From positions 59,458,001 through 59,522,000 of the forward strand of contig NC_087440.1 of NCBI RefSeq assembly GCF_036321535.1: 64,000 nucleotides of DNA, given 5' to 3'. Below, one piece after another: positions 10,880 to 21,816 of the stretch (position 1 is its first letter; the number at the start of each line of letters is the position of its first letter). Origin of the DNA: Camelus dromedarius. Its lineage: Eukaryota. Position numbers and translations under genes: made by a program. Under the pieces are notes generated by a model, which had not been told where the DNA came from, did not search any database, and saw nothing but the letters and a program-made list of their open reading frames with translations.

Positions 10880-11790
10880 TTAGCGGCTGTGAACATGCAT
10901 TTAATACTTTTGAGAGAATTCAGTGCACCGCGGAGGCTACTATGATTATTACAAGCAGGATAACTCCCAGTGTCTGGAGGGCACTTCAGAGCTGTGGTCT
11001 CCAGGACCCAAAACTAATCAGAATCAAATAAGTCAAAGAAAGGCCCTGTTGAAGGAGTCATTTTCTTAAGCCAGTGCCTTGTTCAGCAATCTTACATAGC
11101 TGAGTTTTAACTTCCTAGAAGTGTCAATTCAAATACAGCAAGTGGTTTTGGCCTCCGCAGACACTTCCTTGCTCAGCTAAAAGATTATCAAGGGCTATCT
11201 TATTAGCAAGAAAAACTTCGGCCAGAGAGTCTAGGGTTTCTGGGGACTGGAGGTGGGCAGCTACTGCTTTAGCAGCAGATTCTGAAACGTCTTTGAGAGT
11301 CAAGGAGAGATTTCTGTTCATAATGTCTTTTGCGCTTCATGCTAGCAGGGGGAGTAGGGACCTACCAAAGGAAGAACATTTTGAGTCCTGAATGCCTCCT
11401 GGTAATTCCCATTTGGGTCTGTGACTTGGGACTGGAAAGGTGACAGCCATGGAGATCAGTAAACTGGAAGAGTCTGTAGACCACACAGGAGGTTTTATTC
11501 TGGTTATCCCTGCTTTGTGTCCCTTTCTTTGTACAGAGCCTGGATGCACGGTCCTTGGGTTTGGATTTGTTGTTAACCAGAGGCAGGTTAGTGGACCCCC
11601 GGGGGTCCTGGCATGATAGAGGGCTGGGTTTGTTCCAAAGAAGCTGAGGCATTGGAAATCAGGAAGAGCTTTGTGACAGGCAGGAAAGCAGGGTCGCAAT
11701 ACCGTTATTTGGAGGTTGGATTACTGCCTCCTTTGAAATGACCTAAGATACGTGAATGATGGCATTACCTTTCCAGGCAATTATCTTTCC
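10880..11790 (-). pseudogene. ERV env remnant (gamma-type SU/TM), disrupted
   Basis: ORF 11124-11321 holds ISD-like LANKIALDNLLAEQGSVC; after a frameshift AKTTCCI*IDTS (CX6CC); membrane span LQTLGVILLVIIIVASAVH* at about 10927-10979. Confidence 0.85.
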
Positions 11791-11984
11791 AAGGCAAACG
11801 GTAGACAAAAGAATTGTAAAGACCTTCATGGAATAAGAATTAGAAAAATAATGATCAGAGAGTGAAGGAGGAATATAAAGAAACATTCTAGATCCCACAT
11901 CTTGGAAGGAAGCAGTTTACTTTGATGTTAGCTACTTCTCTTCTGAGTCAATTTGGTCTTGAGGTCGCCAGCATTTGTACAGAA

Positions 11985-12080
11985 CCAGATGTCAGGTGGA
12001 GCCTTCTTCAGTTGTGAAATGTGCACCCCGGGTTCAACTCCTTGTAATATGGCAGTGGTGCCAGGGGTCAAGAGTACCTG
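11985..12080 (-). pseudogene. ERV integrase C-terminal remnant
   Basis: Hand translation QVLLTPGTTAILQGVEPGVHISQLKKAPPDIW, similar to the gammaretroviral IN end (GPYQVLLTTPTAVK...WIH.S.LKKA). Confidence 0.75.
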
Positions 12081-12459
12081 GTAGGATTTTTTTCATGAAT
12101 CTCACTTTTGCAAAAACATCAGAATAAAACAATAACTGTCTGTAAATGACAAAAATTTTTAAATTCCTATGGTTAAAGATCTGATGAGAGTTCATTATAA
12201 TAGAATTGGCAAGGAAACGATTATTTCTGTGACATCCAACATATTAAGATAATAACAATATGACACCAGGCATATCAGATTTCTAGGAATTTCATACAAT
12301 TTCTGGAACACTTATTGGCTGCTTAAGGGAATAACTGATAGCAGTTTACTGGAGAATTCCTCTTAGAGTCCTGACAGCTCTGGGAGGGGCCCATATGAGG
12401 GCCTCCTTCAAGGGTGGATATGAAGGCATCAAGTTGGGTGGAAGGGTTTGATAGTATTT

Positions 12460-13111
12460 TCAAAGACAATTTTTTTCCAGTGCCTTGGTTGATTGCAAAT
12501 GAGACACTGATTTCTGGGCCACTGTTTTGATGTTGGACCCTTAACAGGGTGCATTGGAGGAGGCCCAGGTGTTATTTAAGGTTTCTGGTCTTGGAGATGC
12601 TGCAGCTGGAAGGTCACTATCTTGGCAGACTTTTGTTTATGGTCTTGTAGTTCCCTCAGAGTGGAAAAGCAGTTCAGATAGAGGATTAACAGACTGAGTA
12701 TCCAGGTAAAGGAGGATAAAGGGGAGTAGTAGGAGTCATGTTAATCTTAGGTTTGTTTACCTGTGTGTCCTTAGTTTTTCATTAGCCTTTTGCAATGAAT
12801 CTTTCAATGAAGCTCTTTGGAATCTTGAAGACTTTTGGAGGCTTCTGCATACCAGTTAAAATAGGTACCTATCCCATTCTATTTGTTTGATTTGGGGGCC
12901 CTTGCTTTCAAGTGCACTTCTTGAATGATCTTGCCTAATTGGAACATTCCCCATACCATGATAGCCACTGTAATTCCAGGTTGTCTTGGTAACATTTTGC
13001 CATTTTTGTAGACATCTACAGCTTCTAGGACCACAGTTGTTAGACTTTTATAAAATAAGCAGGTGTGCTGGAAGGTGGCATTCTCAATTCTTTGAAACTC
13101 GAGAATCCCAT
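12460..13111 (-). pseudogene. ERV gag remnant (matrix start and NC zinc knuckle; capsid largely missing)
   Basis: ATG at 13111 (MGFSSFKELRMPPSSTPAYF); QCLICNQPRHWKK at about 12465-12510, one base short of CX2CX4HX4C. Confidence 0.7.
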
Positions 13112-13366
13112 TTCTTTAGTTAAGCCTTGGGTCTCTCAGAGCCAAATTAATACCTACGAGGGATGTGCCACTGAGTCAGAGATTTTGAGGTGTTTTACAG
13201 TGTGCCTTGTTGCATGGAAATTTTCTTGAGGTTGGTGGGTGACCTAATGTCAATCTAACTTGTTCTGTGATCAACTTATCCAAGTACAGGAGACTTAGAG
13301 TTAGGTGGTGAGCACTCTAACAGCTTAAAAGTGCTCAACCCATGCCGCAGATTTTGCAGCTTTGGC

Positions 13367-15895
13367 TTCATTTCGTTTGCAAACTATATGCTCTTTATTT
13401 CTTTTTATTACCTTATTGCACTGGCCAGGGCTTGCAGTAAGACGGTGAACAGGAGTGGTGAGGGAATAGCCTTGTCTGCTCCCAGTATTAGGAAAAAGCA
13501 TTTGTCTTTCACCATTAGGTGTGATGTTAGCTATAGGTTTTTTGTGGATGTCTTTACCAATTTGAGGTATTTCCTTATCCTGTTCTACTGACAGTATCTG
13601 TCATAAATGGATATTGACATTTGACAATTTGCTTTTTCTACATTAATTGATATGATCATGTGGTTTTTCTTCTTTAGGCCGTTAATATGGTGGAAGACAT
13701 TGATTGATTTAAAATAATAATTGAACCAACTTGCTTTTCCAGGATAAGCCCCATTTGTTCATGATGTATTATTCTTTTCCTCCTAAACTGCCAATTTTTA
13801 AATATTGACATAAGCAATTTTAATTATCCATTTTCAATTACTTGGCATTTATACCCATATTATTCTTTATATTTTTAAAATTTATAAGGGTTTCTGCATA
13901 TCTAAAAAAAAGGTAATTTTTTAAACTATGTTTGTCTGATTTTGATATTAGGGTAATACGTCACAAAAATCAATCGAGACATTTTACCCTCTCTTCTATT
14001 TTCTACATATATAGTTATAATTGGTGATATTTCTTCTTTAAGTGTTTGCTAGAATTTTCCAATGAAACCATATGGGTCCTTTTTCAGGTTGTTTTTTTAT
14101 TGTTGGCTTTTTCAGATGTGTGTAAGTATAATTCAGTTTCAGCAGTTTGAATGTATCTTGGTGTGCTTGCTTTTTTATGCACTTTTAAAAATTTATGCTG
14201 CCTGGGTTTCTTTGAGATTCTTGAGCCTTTGGCATGATATCTTTCATCATTTTGTGAAAATTCTGATCACTGTCTCTTCAGATATTTCTTCCGTCTCGTT
14301 TTCTCTGTTTCCTCCTTCTAGCGTCCCATTTTGAGTGTTTAACACTGTCCCGCAGCTCTTGGATCCTCTAGACTTTTTATGTTTGTTTCTCTTTGTGTTT
14401 CAGTTTAGTTATTTCTATTTACATGTCTTCAAGTTTATTGAGTCTTTCCTCTGCTGTGTCAGATCTGTTGATGAGCCCATCAAAGGCATTCTTCATCTTT
14501 GTTACTATGACTTTTATTTCTAACACTTCCACTTGAATTTTTCATTGGTTTTTATTTCTCTGATAAGATTCTCCATCTGTTCATACATATTGTCCATCTT
14601 TTCCACCAGACCTTTGATACACTAATCATAGTTATTTTAAATTCCCTATTTGATAGTCCTATCATCTGTATCATCATTTGGTCTGGTTCCGTTGCTTGCT
14701 TTGTCTCTTGACAGTGGATTGTTCTTCTTTGTTTTTTGTGTTTCTCTTAAATTTTGAATGAATGCCAGATAATCGTGTATAGAGCAGAAAAGGTTGAGGT
14801 ACATAGTATCTGTGCCTGGAAATGGGCTTTCGTCGTCTTCTGCTAAACTGAGTGACTATAACAGGATTTGAGCTGGGTTTGGGTTTTGTTGTTGCTGTGG
14901 TTATACTCAGTGCAGTACCAGACTCAAATTCCTTTAGTATTACCTTATACTTATGGTTATGACTGGAATGCCAGAGGGTTTTTCTCAATGTTCTTTCTTC
15001 ACTGGTAGATTTCGGCCTTTGCTTTGTATCCGTGTCTCGGGTTCTTGCTCCCAACCTGTGGGGTATTCTGCTGTTGCTTGGTGCTGGGGAGTGCTGGGTG
15101 TGTTTCCCACTAGAAAAGTTTCAGGCTTAGGCAGTCCCTACGTATTAGGGTTTCAGGAGGGGGGCTTTCTCAGAAATTCTGTCCTTCGTCTCTGTGGCAG
15201 TTGAACTTTGTCTTTTGTCTTGTGCAAAAGAGAATATCCTGCCTGTCTCCCAGAGATAGGAAACCTCTTATTGGACCCTGGGCCCAGGACCATTTCCTGC
15301 TCCTTCCCCAGGAATAGAGGGTTTGGGGTTTTGTTTTGTTTTGTTTTTTGTCTTTTACTCTTCTCCCAGCTGCAGAGGGTCATCCATCACCTGTGCCCTG
15401 AGCACAACAGTTTACTGCCCTTCCCCAGTGGCTTAAGCGGGGGAGGGTGTAGGAATAACTTTGTGCCTTTCCCTCAGCAGTGTTGCTCTCCTTCCCTAGT
15501 CCTCGCCACAGAGGGGGCTTCTTTGGTCTCCTGCCTGATTTCAGTCCTTTCTCAAGCAATGGACGGAGGCCTGTGGAGAAGAGCCTGCAAATGCATGTCC
15601 ATTCCTCTTGTATTTGCTACCAGAGTGCTATATCTCATGCTAGTCCACTTGTGCCCTTTCACAATCTGTTACAATTTTTAGCTGAATTATTTTTATTTTA
15701 TTTTAATTTTGTTTGGTATCCAGTGTCTCTTCTTTCTAGACTCAACCACAAGTAAGCCTTGCTTAGTCTCATCTCTTCTTGACGGCGTTGTCTGTCTGTG
15801 GATCTGACCTAAGTATCCCGATGAATTCAAGAAAATTAATAGTTTCATGTTCTTCTAAGGATGGAAGAGGCACTTTTTTCACCTTTCTACATACT
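13367..15895 (-). mobile_element. L1M (L1MC/MD-like) 5' UTR, ORF1 and partial ORF2 remnants
   Basis: 'ccttattgcactggccaggg...tctttcaccattaggtgtgatgttagctataggtttt' (ORF2 RT region), ORF1-type sequence at 14110-14700 and 5' UTR to about 15895. Confidence 0.88.
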
Positions 15896-15934
15896 AGGCA
15901 GGAGTGAAACTCATGCGTTTCGTATCTAAGGAAG

Positions 15935-16105
15935 TATGTATCCTCTCCTTATTCTTCTTTTCAAAAATTTTGTTGACTAGTCTCATGTATATCTCTTAAA
16001 TACACTTTAGAATCATTTTGTCAAGCTCTTCCTCTCCCAACCTCTCCCCAAAAAACAATTCTTTTCAGATGGAGATGGTGTTAAAATATGTAGACTGATT
16101 TGGGT
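15935..16105 (-). mobile_element. Old L1 ORF2 fragment
   Basis: 'ttcttcttttcaaaaattttgttgactagtc...tacactttagaatcattttgtcaagctc'. Confidence 0.55.
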
Positions 16106-17079
16106 CCCAGGTAGTGTTAAAACCCCCATCCCCACGATCTGAACAGAGCAGCCAGAGAAAGTGTTGTGATTGAAAGAATCCTCAGAGGCCAGCCTGTATC
16201 TAAATCCTACTCATTTGCTCTGGTGCCTTGAAATTCCAGTATTAGGGGTAGGAGAAGTATTTCCAGAACCTTAGGGGATTAAAATGTATTCAGTTTGCCT
16301 TTGAAGGACCAGTATAATAACTAATTTGCAACCATCATTCCATTTACAAATTAAGGCTGCATAACTACACAAGGCTCTGTGTGATTTGAGTGAGTGTGTG
16401 TGGGAATGTATATAAAGAAGGAGATGGAGTCTGTTAAGAACATGGAAGCCAGAGGGGAAATTCCTGGATCTGGAACTGAGAACCCTTGTGTAGCTGAAAA
16501 TGAGGACACTACACCTCCTGGTGACCTGGGGCAGTGAAAGCCCCGTGACTACCTCTGTGGTCATCACTCTTCAATCTGGCAACCAGTAGAAGCTGGAGCC
16601 AGGGCAGACAAGACTGCTTAGAGCAACTGGGCAGGACTGGGCAGCCAGGACTCTCTAGAATGCATGGTGGAGGAAAAAGTTCTCCAAGAGGAACCAGTAA
16701 TTATCACACCTATTGATTCGTACTCCCATGGCCCTCACAACTATGACTCTCTTGGAATCAAATGAAATAAACCATCAACAGTTTCAGAAAGAATTTTCCA
16801 GTAGGGGAAATAGAAAAAGAAAAAAATTCTGGGAAAGGAAAAAAAAAAACCCAACCTTTCTTGATGTTTTCCACAGACTGCTTTAGAAAGAGAAAGAATG
16901 ATGCAATTCAATAAAAGATGATGATCCTTGGTTGACCCAGGACATTTCACAGACCAAAAGCCAGAGGAACGCAGAAGGCATAGACACCCACAGGCAGGCC
17001 TCATTTCTGATTCTGAAGATGCAAAATTTTTTTGTAAATTAATACTTAATTTTCAACCAACTCCAGCACCTCGTTAAGG

Positions 17080-17259
17080 NNNNNNNNNNNNNNNNNNNNN
17101 NNNNNNNNNNNNNNNNNNNNNNNNNNNNNNNNNNNNNNNNNNNNNNNNNNNNNNNNNNNNNNNNNNNNNNNNNNNNNNNNNNNNNNNNNNNNNNNNNNNN
17201 NNNNNNNNNNNNNNNNNNNNNNNNNNNNNNNNNNNNNNNNNNNNNNNNNNNNNNNNNNN
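17080..17259. other. Assembly gap (180 N)
   Basis: N-run. Confidence 1.
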
Positions 17260-18664
17260 CCATGATGTACCCTAATATTGCGAAACAGCTTTAAGAGTAT
17301 TTTTTTCATTGGCATGGACAGGGTGCTGCATCCTGGAAGAATGAGGTTTCATGGGAATTTCTCTTTAGCCCTTGGAAAAAATAGTTTGGGAACACACAGA
17401 CCGTATTTGGTTTGGGATCTTGAATCCTGGAAGGTCTCTGGAAAAGGCAAATGGGTGTGTGAAATAATTGTTAGTTACTGCAGTTCATTTCATAATGGCC
17501 TATAAAAACACACACACTCCGTTTCTGAAGCTGCTGAGCCTTTACTAAAACTCTTTAAAACAAGAAAGACTTCCCACAAAGTCACTCTCTGCTTTTGGAA
17601 GGATAACATTTAGAACAAGGTATAAAGGACCTCTGCCAGAATAATTACTATTTAAGGCAAAGATCTCCAAGATTTTACTTGGAACTGAACAGGCTGGCGC
17701 TGCCCCTGCTCTGTGGACGCACCACACACATCCAGCAGCCACAGGAAGGCTGGCCGCCCTGCTGGGCAATGCTGCAATGTTAATAGAAATCACATGTTCT
17801 GAAGGGTGAAATGTGATTATCTGCTAAGTGAAGGCTCTGTCAGGAGAAGCCAGAGGAGTGGCAATGACATGCCGAACGAAACCCGGGAAGGGGTCCCAAC
17901 CCTTTTCCATCATCCTCTCTTGTGTGTTAGAACACGGCCCTGGGGGCATCTCCATGGTGTGGGTGCCAGGACTCAGCACCCTAGGAACAAGGCGAGTTTA
18001 CAAACAGAGGCATCTTTTACGTGGCCGTCACGTCCAGAAAGCGTGGCAGCTCGGTGATTTGGAAGCACTGGAAGGAGAGACAGAGATGTGTTTTGGCTGA
18101 AGGCAGAACTCGGGCTGATGTTCCAGAGACCAGCCCAACAGCCTGTGAGTTAATTAGTGACCTGCTGTCTGTTCTGTTACGAAGGACTATCATTCGTCAT
18201 GGAAATAAGGGCCTTTTATTAGAAGGTAATTGTTTTTATAAATAGCCTATGAAACCCATCAGTTGCCCATGCTAGTGAAAATCAAATTCATCATCCAACT
18301 GATAGATATATACAATAGGAAATACAGAAATGTAAGTTCAAAAGATGTTTATGCATTGATTAATGGTCCACCCAGCATAATATCTAATTTGAGGCATGAC
18401 TGGTAAGAGTTGTAGTTACCACATACAATTTCAGCTTCATCAGCTTATGAAATCCCTCTCTCCCCCGACGTCTTATCTTTATTAATAATTTGCTATGATT
18501 CTTTAACCCATATGCCTCTAAACTAGTTGGCATTGTGTAAAAAGTAGTACTTCTTTTTATCCTTTTACCCAATCCATAGACAATATTTTCTTTTACATAC
18601 CTAAATTTACCTTGATCTCCAAGGCAGAAAAAAACCGTAATTCTGTTATTTGAGGATGTGGAGC

Positions 18665-18845
18665 TAACTCTCTACTCTGTGTTTATCTTCTTTGTTCCTT
18701 TCACAATTTTATAGATTTTTATCACATTTTCTTTCATCCTTCATCTTTCCTGGAAAAAGAGACCTTTTGTGGGGGGGTGCTGTATAGAAACCATTCCATT
18801 TTCTTGACAATATTATTGCATTTCTCTGGACCTTTTCCAGCACCA
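18665..18845 (-). mobile_element. CR1/L3 LINE relic (RT 3' region)
   Basis: 'cctttcacaattttatagatttttatcaca...ttcatctttcctggaaaaagagacc...tttctctggaccttttccag' resembles antisense CR1 RT. Confidence 0.55.
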
Positions 18846-19639
18846 TTTTGCCTTCCCAGCAAAGAGATGTTTTTAAAAAGCAGTTATTTGGAGGAATAAC
18901 ATCAACATGGTTTATTATTTTTCCTGCTTCATTAAATACCAGTTTGCTGTACTAACATCCATCAGTAAAGCCAAAAGTTAGTTAAATAAGTAAACAGTTT
19001 AGTTTAAAAATAGGAGTGTTGACACAGGCACAATGTACTAATTTGCTAATCCTTTTGGGACACACACACATATAACTAATTTTGTACACACCCACGTAAC
19101 TTCAGAACTTCCAAGATAGCGATTGAATTACATACCCATCCAGTGCGGCCAGTCATTGATCAATAAATTGGTAAATTATGAGTGTATTGATACATTTATA
19201 ATTCAGTATGGCTGTAGAGGGTGCAAATTAATTATAGATTCCCACAATTAAACAGCAGGAGAAATCTCCCGCCCGCCATCTAGACCCACCCCATATTCCC
19301 AAATTAGGCAACTTTGAAATAGGCCAAACTGTTGTCTTTCTTATAAATTTAAAGTTCTTCTATCAGGCATTGATTGGGGTCAGCACTGTGTTAGGCACCA
19401 GATGAAGGAAGATCAGTGAGACCTTGTTTTGGCTGTGAAAGTAGGGCAGTGCTTGGGTTGATGATCCATTGGGTTATTGAGAGATTTAACAGGGTTGATA
19501 GCTGCTCAGAAGAGGGCCAGGCACAGAGTGAGCCTGGCATAAGTCTGTTATTACTCTTGTTACTTCTGAGTGTCAACATTTTAACTTTTATGTTTTCATC
19601 AGCAGCAGGAAATGTCCTTTTAAAAAATACCCAATGAGA

Positions 19640-19770
19640 AATACGGTAAAAGTATGAACAGAGTACTGTAGGAGCTCAGAGAAAGGAAGGATGGGGCCTA
19701 GGAGGGCTGGGACGGGCAGCAGGAAGAAGTCTAACTGGGGCCTCAAAAGAGAAAAGGTGGGGGAAGAGCT
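19640..19770 (-). mobile_element. L2 remnant
   Basis: 'aacagagtactgtaggagctcagagaaaggaagg'. Confidence 0.5.
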
Positions 19771-20811
19771 CTCCAGGCTAGGGAAACAGCAAGTACTAAC
19801 TGGGCCCATTCTTGCTTCATTTTGAGGCAATTTCCTCTGGTTGAGGACTTTGGAGAGATACAGAACACTGATAAGAGATGCCCCAATAATAACCCGTCTT
19901 TCTTGTATGATAAGTCATCCATAATAAAACTTTCCTTCCAGACCATAATCTGCTCTGTTCTCCTCCTTTTTCCTTGGGGGATTTATTTGCATCGTTTTTC
20001 CTCTTTCTTTGGTGGGGAGACAGCTAGGAAGAGCCTTGGCAAAATTGTAAAAGAAACACAGTGCGCCTTTGCCTGACCCCTTCCCAGCTTGAAGTCTTTT
20101 CCCCACTCAGCTCTGCCTGATGCTCACTGAACATGAAAAAGGAACCCGCAAGCTCTTTCTCACGGCCTGTTCTGGGTTTACCGTGCACTGTCTGCATCCT
20201 AAAGGTGTGCTTTCCGAGAAGAATGTTGTAATGCAGAGACTCCTAGACCAGTAACATTTCCAAAAATTTTAGCAGCCCCTGACAGTGCTATCTTTTTATT
20301 TTGCTAAGTGAGAGCATTAAAAAGAAAACAAATTCCCACCCAGTATCACCAATACCTCTTAAAAGAAAGCATATTTTAAGGGCAACACATAGTGCAAAGG
20401 GTAGAATTTTAGAATAAAGGATAATCTTTTACAAGGTTTATGAAAGTCCGCTAGCTTTGTTTTGCTGCTGACCTGTGATGGTCATTTGGGAAGCGCTGCG
20501 TCGACTAGAAGGGATGAATACCTAGTGATGGGAAGTCAGCCACCAGCAGGGGCTGAGTGGGAGCAGACAGAAAGGCACATTTTCTTTGCTGCTCTGCCTC
20601 CATTTCACCGTTGAATCTCTGCATGCCTCGGGAGTTCAGCTTTCTCGGCCTCCAGCCCCTGACTATTGTGGGAACTGAGCCTTGGCCACTGGGGTCACCA
20701 TCAGGGTCTGGAATTGACCTAAATGGACCTGCTGTTGGTTCACCCATTCCAAACCTCCTCAGTCAGTCATCCTCACTGTTTAAGAACCTTAAGTCAAAAC
20801 CCGTGCTTGTA

Positions 20812-20977
20812 GGGAGGGTATAGCTCGGTGGTAGAGTGCACACTTAGCATGCACGAGGTCCTGGGTTCAATCCCCAGTACCTCCATTAAAAATAATAAAT
20901 AAAAATTAAAAAATAAATAAACCTAATTATCCCCCCCAAAAGAAATAAAATCTTAAAAACAAACAAACAAACAAAAA
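20812..20977 (+). mobile_element. Camelid tRNA-Ala-derived SINE (Vic-1 type)
   Basis: tRNA-like head 20812-20885 with A box TAGCTCGGTGG, B box GGTTCAATCCC and AGC at 20846-20848; 'aaataaacctaattatccccccc' body; (AAAC)n tail. Confidence 0.9.
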
Positions 20978-21629
20978 TCCTCAAACTGTGCTTTGTCACA
21001 GCTCAAGCTTTGAAGAACGCATTAGCCCTAAATGTCTGTCAAGGGTCAGAAACTTTGACTGCATCGAGTGAGGTTAATGTGCTTAAAATATGACTTTGAC
21101 GTAAGTGCTTTTCTGAAGGTAACTATCACCTCTGAGGCACCTGGCATTTCAAGCCAATTTAGGATATTTCAAGTGTCAATAAAGTTTGATTAATCCCAGC
21201 AGCCAACCCAGCCCACTATGGACAGGGTCAAAGTGCTAGCATTAGGGAATGGAAACATACAAAACCTGCCTTTCTATTTTGGGTCACGCTCTGCAGCGTG
21301 GTTCCTAGAATAAACCGCCACTGCACAGCAGGATTCAAGGAAACAGTGCTGACGGCCTCCCTCTTCTTGCATTGTGAAGCCCAGAGAAAGGTCTGCCTGC
21401 TGCTGACTTGTGTCCTGAATGAAAAATGGATTCCAGGTAGAACTGTGGCTCCTTGTAATTTACTGGATCTTGCTCAAGAGAAATATACATGAGTATTTAT
21501 TTATAGCTGCCCAACTCCCTTTCAGAGGCACTCCAAATTTATTATTCTTGAAATTGAATTAGTTGTAATCACTGATTATGGAAACACTGAGCAATTCCAA
21601 GGTTCAGGCTGGGAGGAAACCTTTGTCGT

Positions 21630-21816
21630 TAGACTCTCCTGCATTAAATTCTGCCTTCGGCTCTGGGACTTTTGCAGAGACTTAGGCATTTCATTGTCTA
21701 ATTTTCACATCTGTGAAATGGGATGGTACCACTTGTATTGCAGAATTATTGTGAAGATTGAAAAGAAGTACCTGACACATAGCAGGCCCTCAATAAATAG
21801 TTCTGGTGATAATTAT
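21630..21816 (+). mobile_element. MIR SINE
   Basis: 'ttttcacatctgtgaaatggga...cctgacacatagcaggccctcaataaatagt'. Confidence 0.75.

Larger units (their letters stand above)
10659..13366 (-). mobile_element. Internally deleted ERV1 provirus (leader, partial gag, IN C-terminus, env); 5' LTR and PBS absent
   Basis: Retroviral gag, IN and env motifs in the correct order on the minus strand (see sub-features); no RT or protease motifs seen. Confidence 0.85.

Noticed and set aside
10659-13366. Functional or domesticated retroviral gene at this locus
   Set aside because: env, gag and IN all carry stops, frameshifts or deletions.
20812-20885. tRNA-Ala(AGC) gene
   Set aside because: The anticodon stem is mispaired (CACAC/GCACG), the acceptor stem has an extra G, and a SINE body and A-rich tail follow. 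It is a SINE head.
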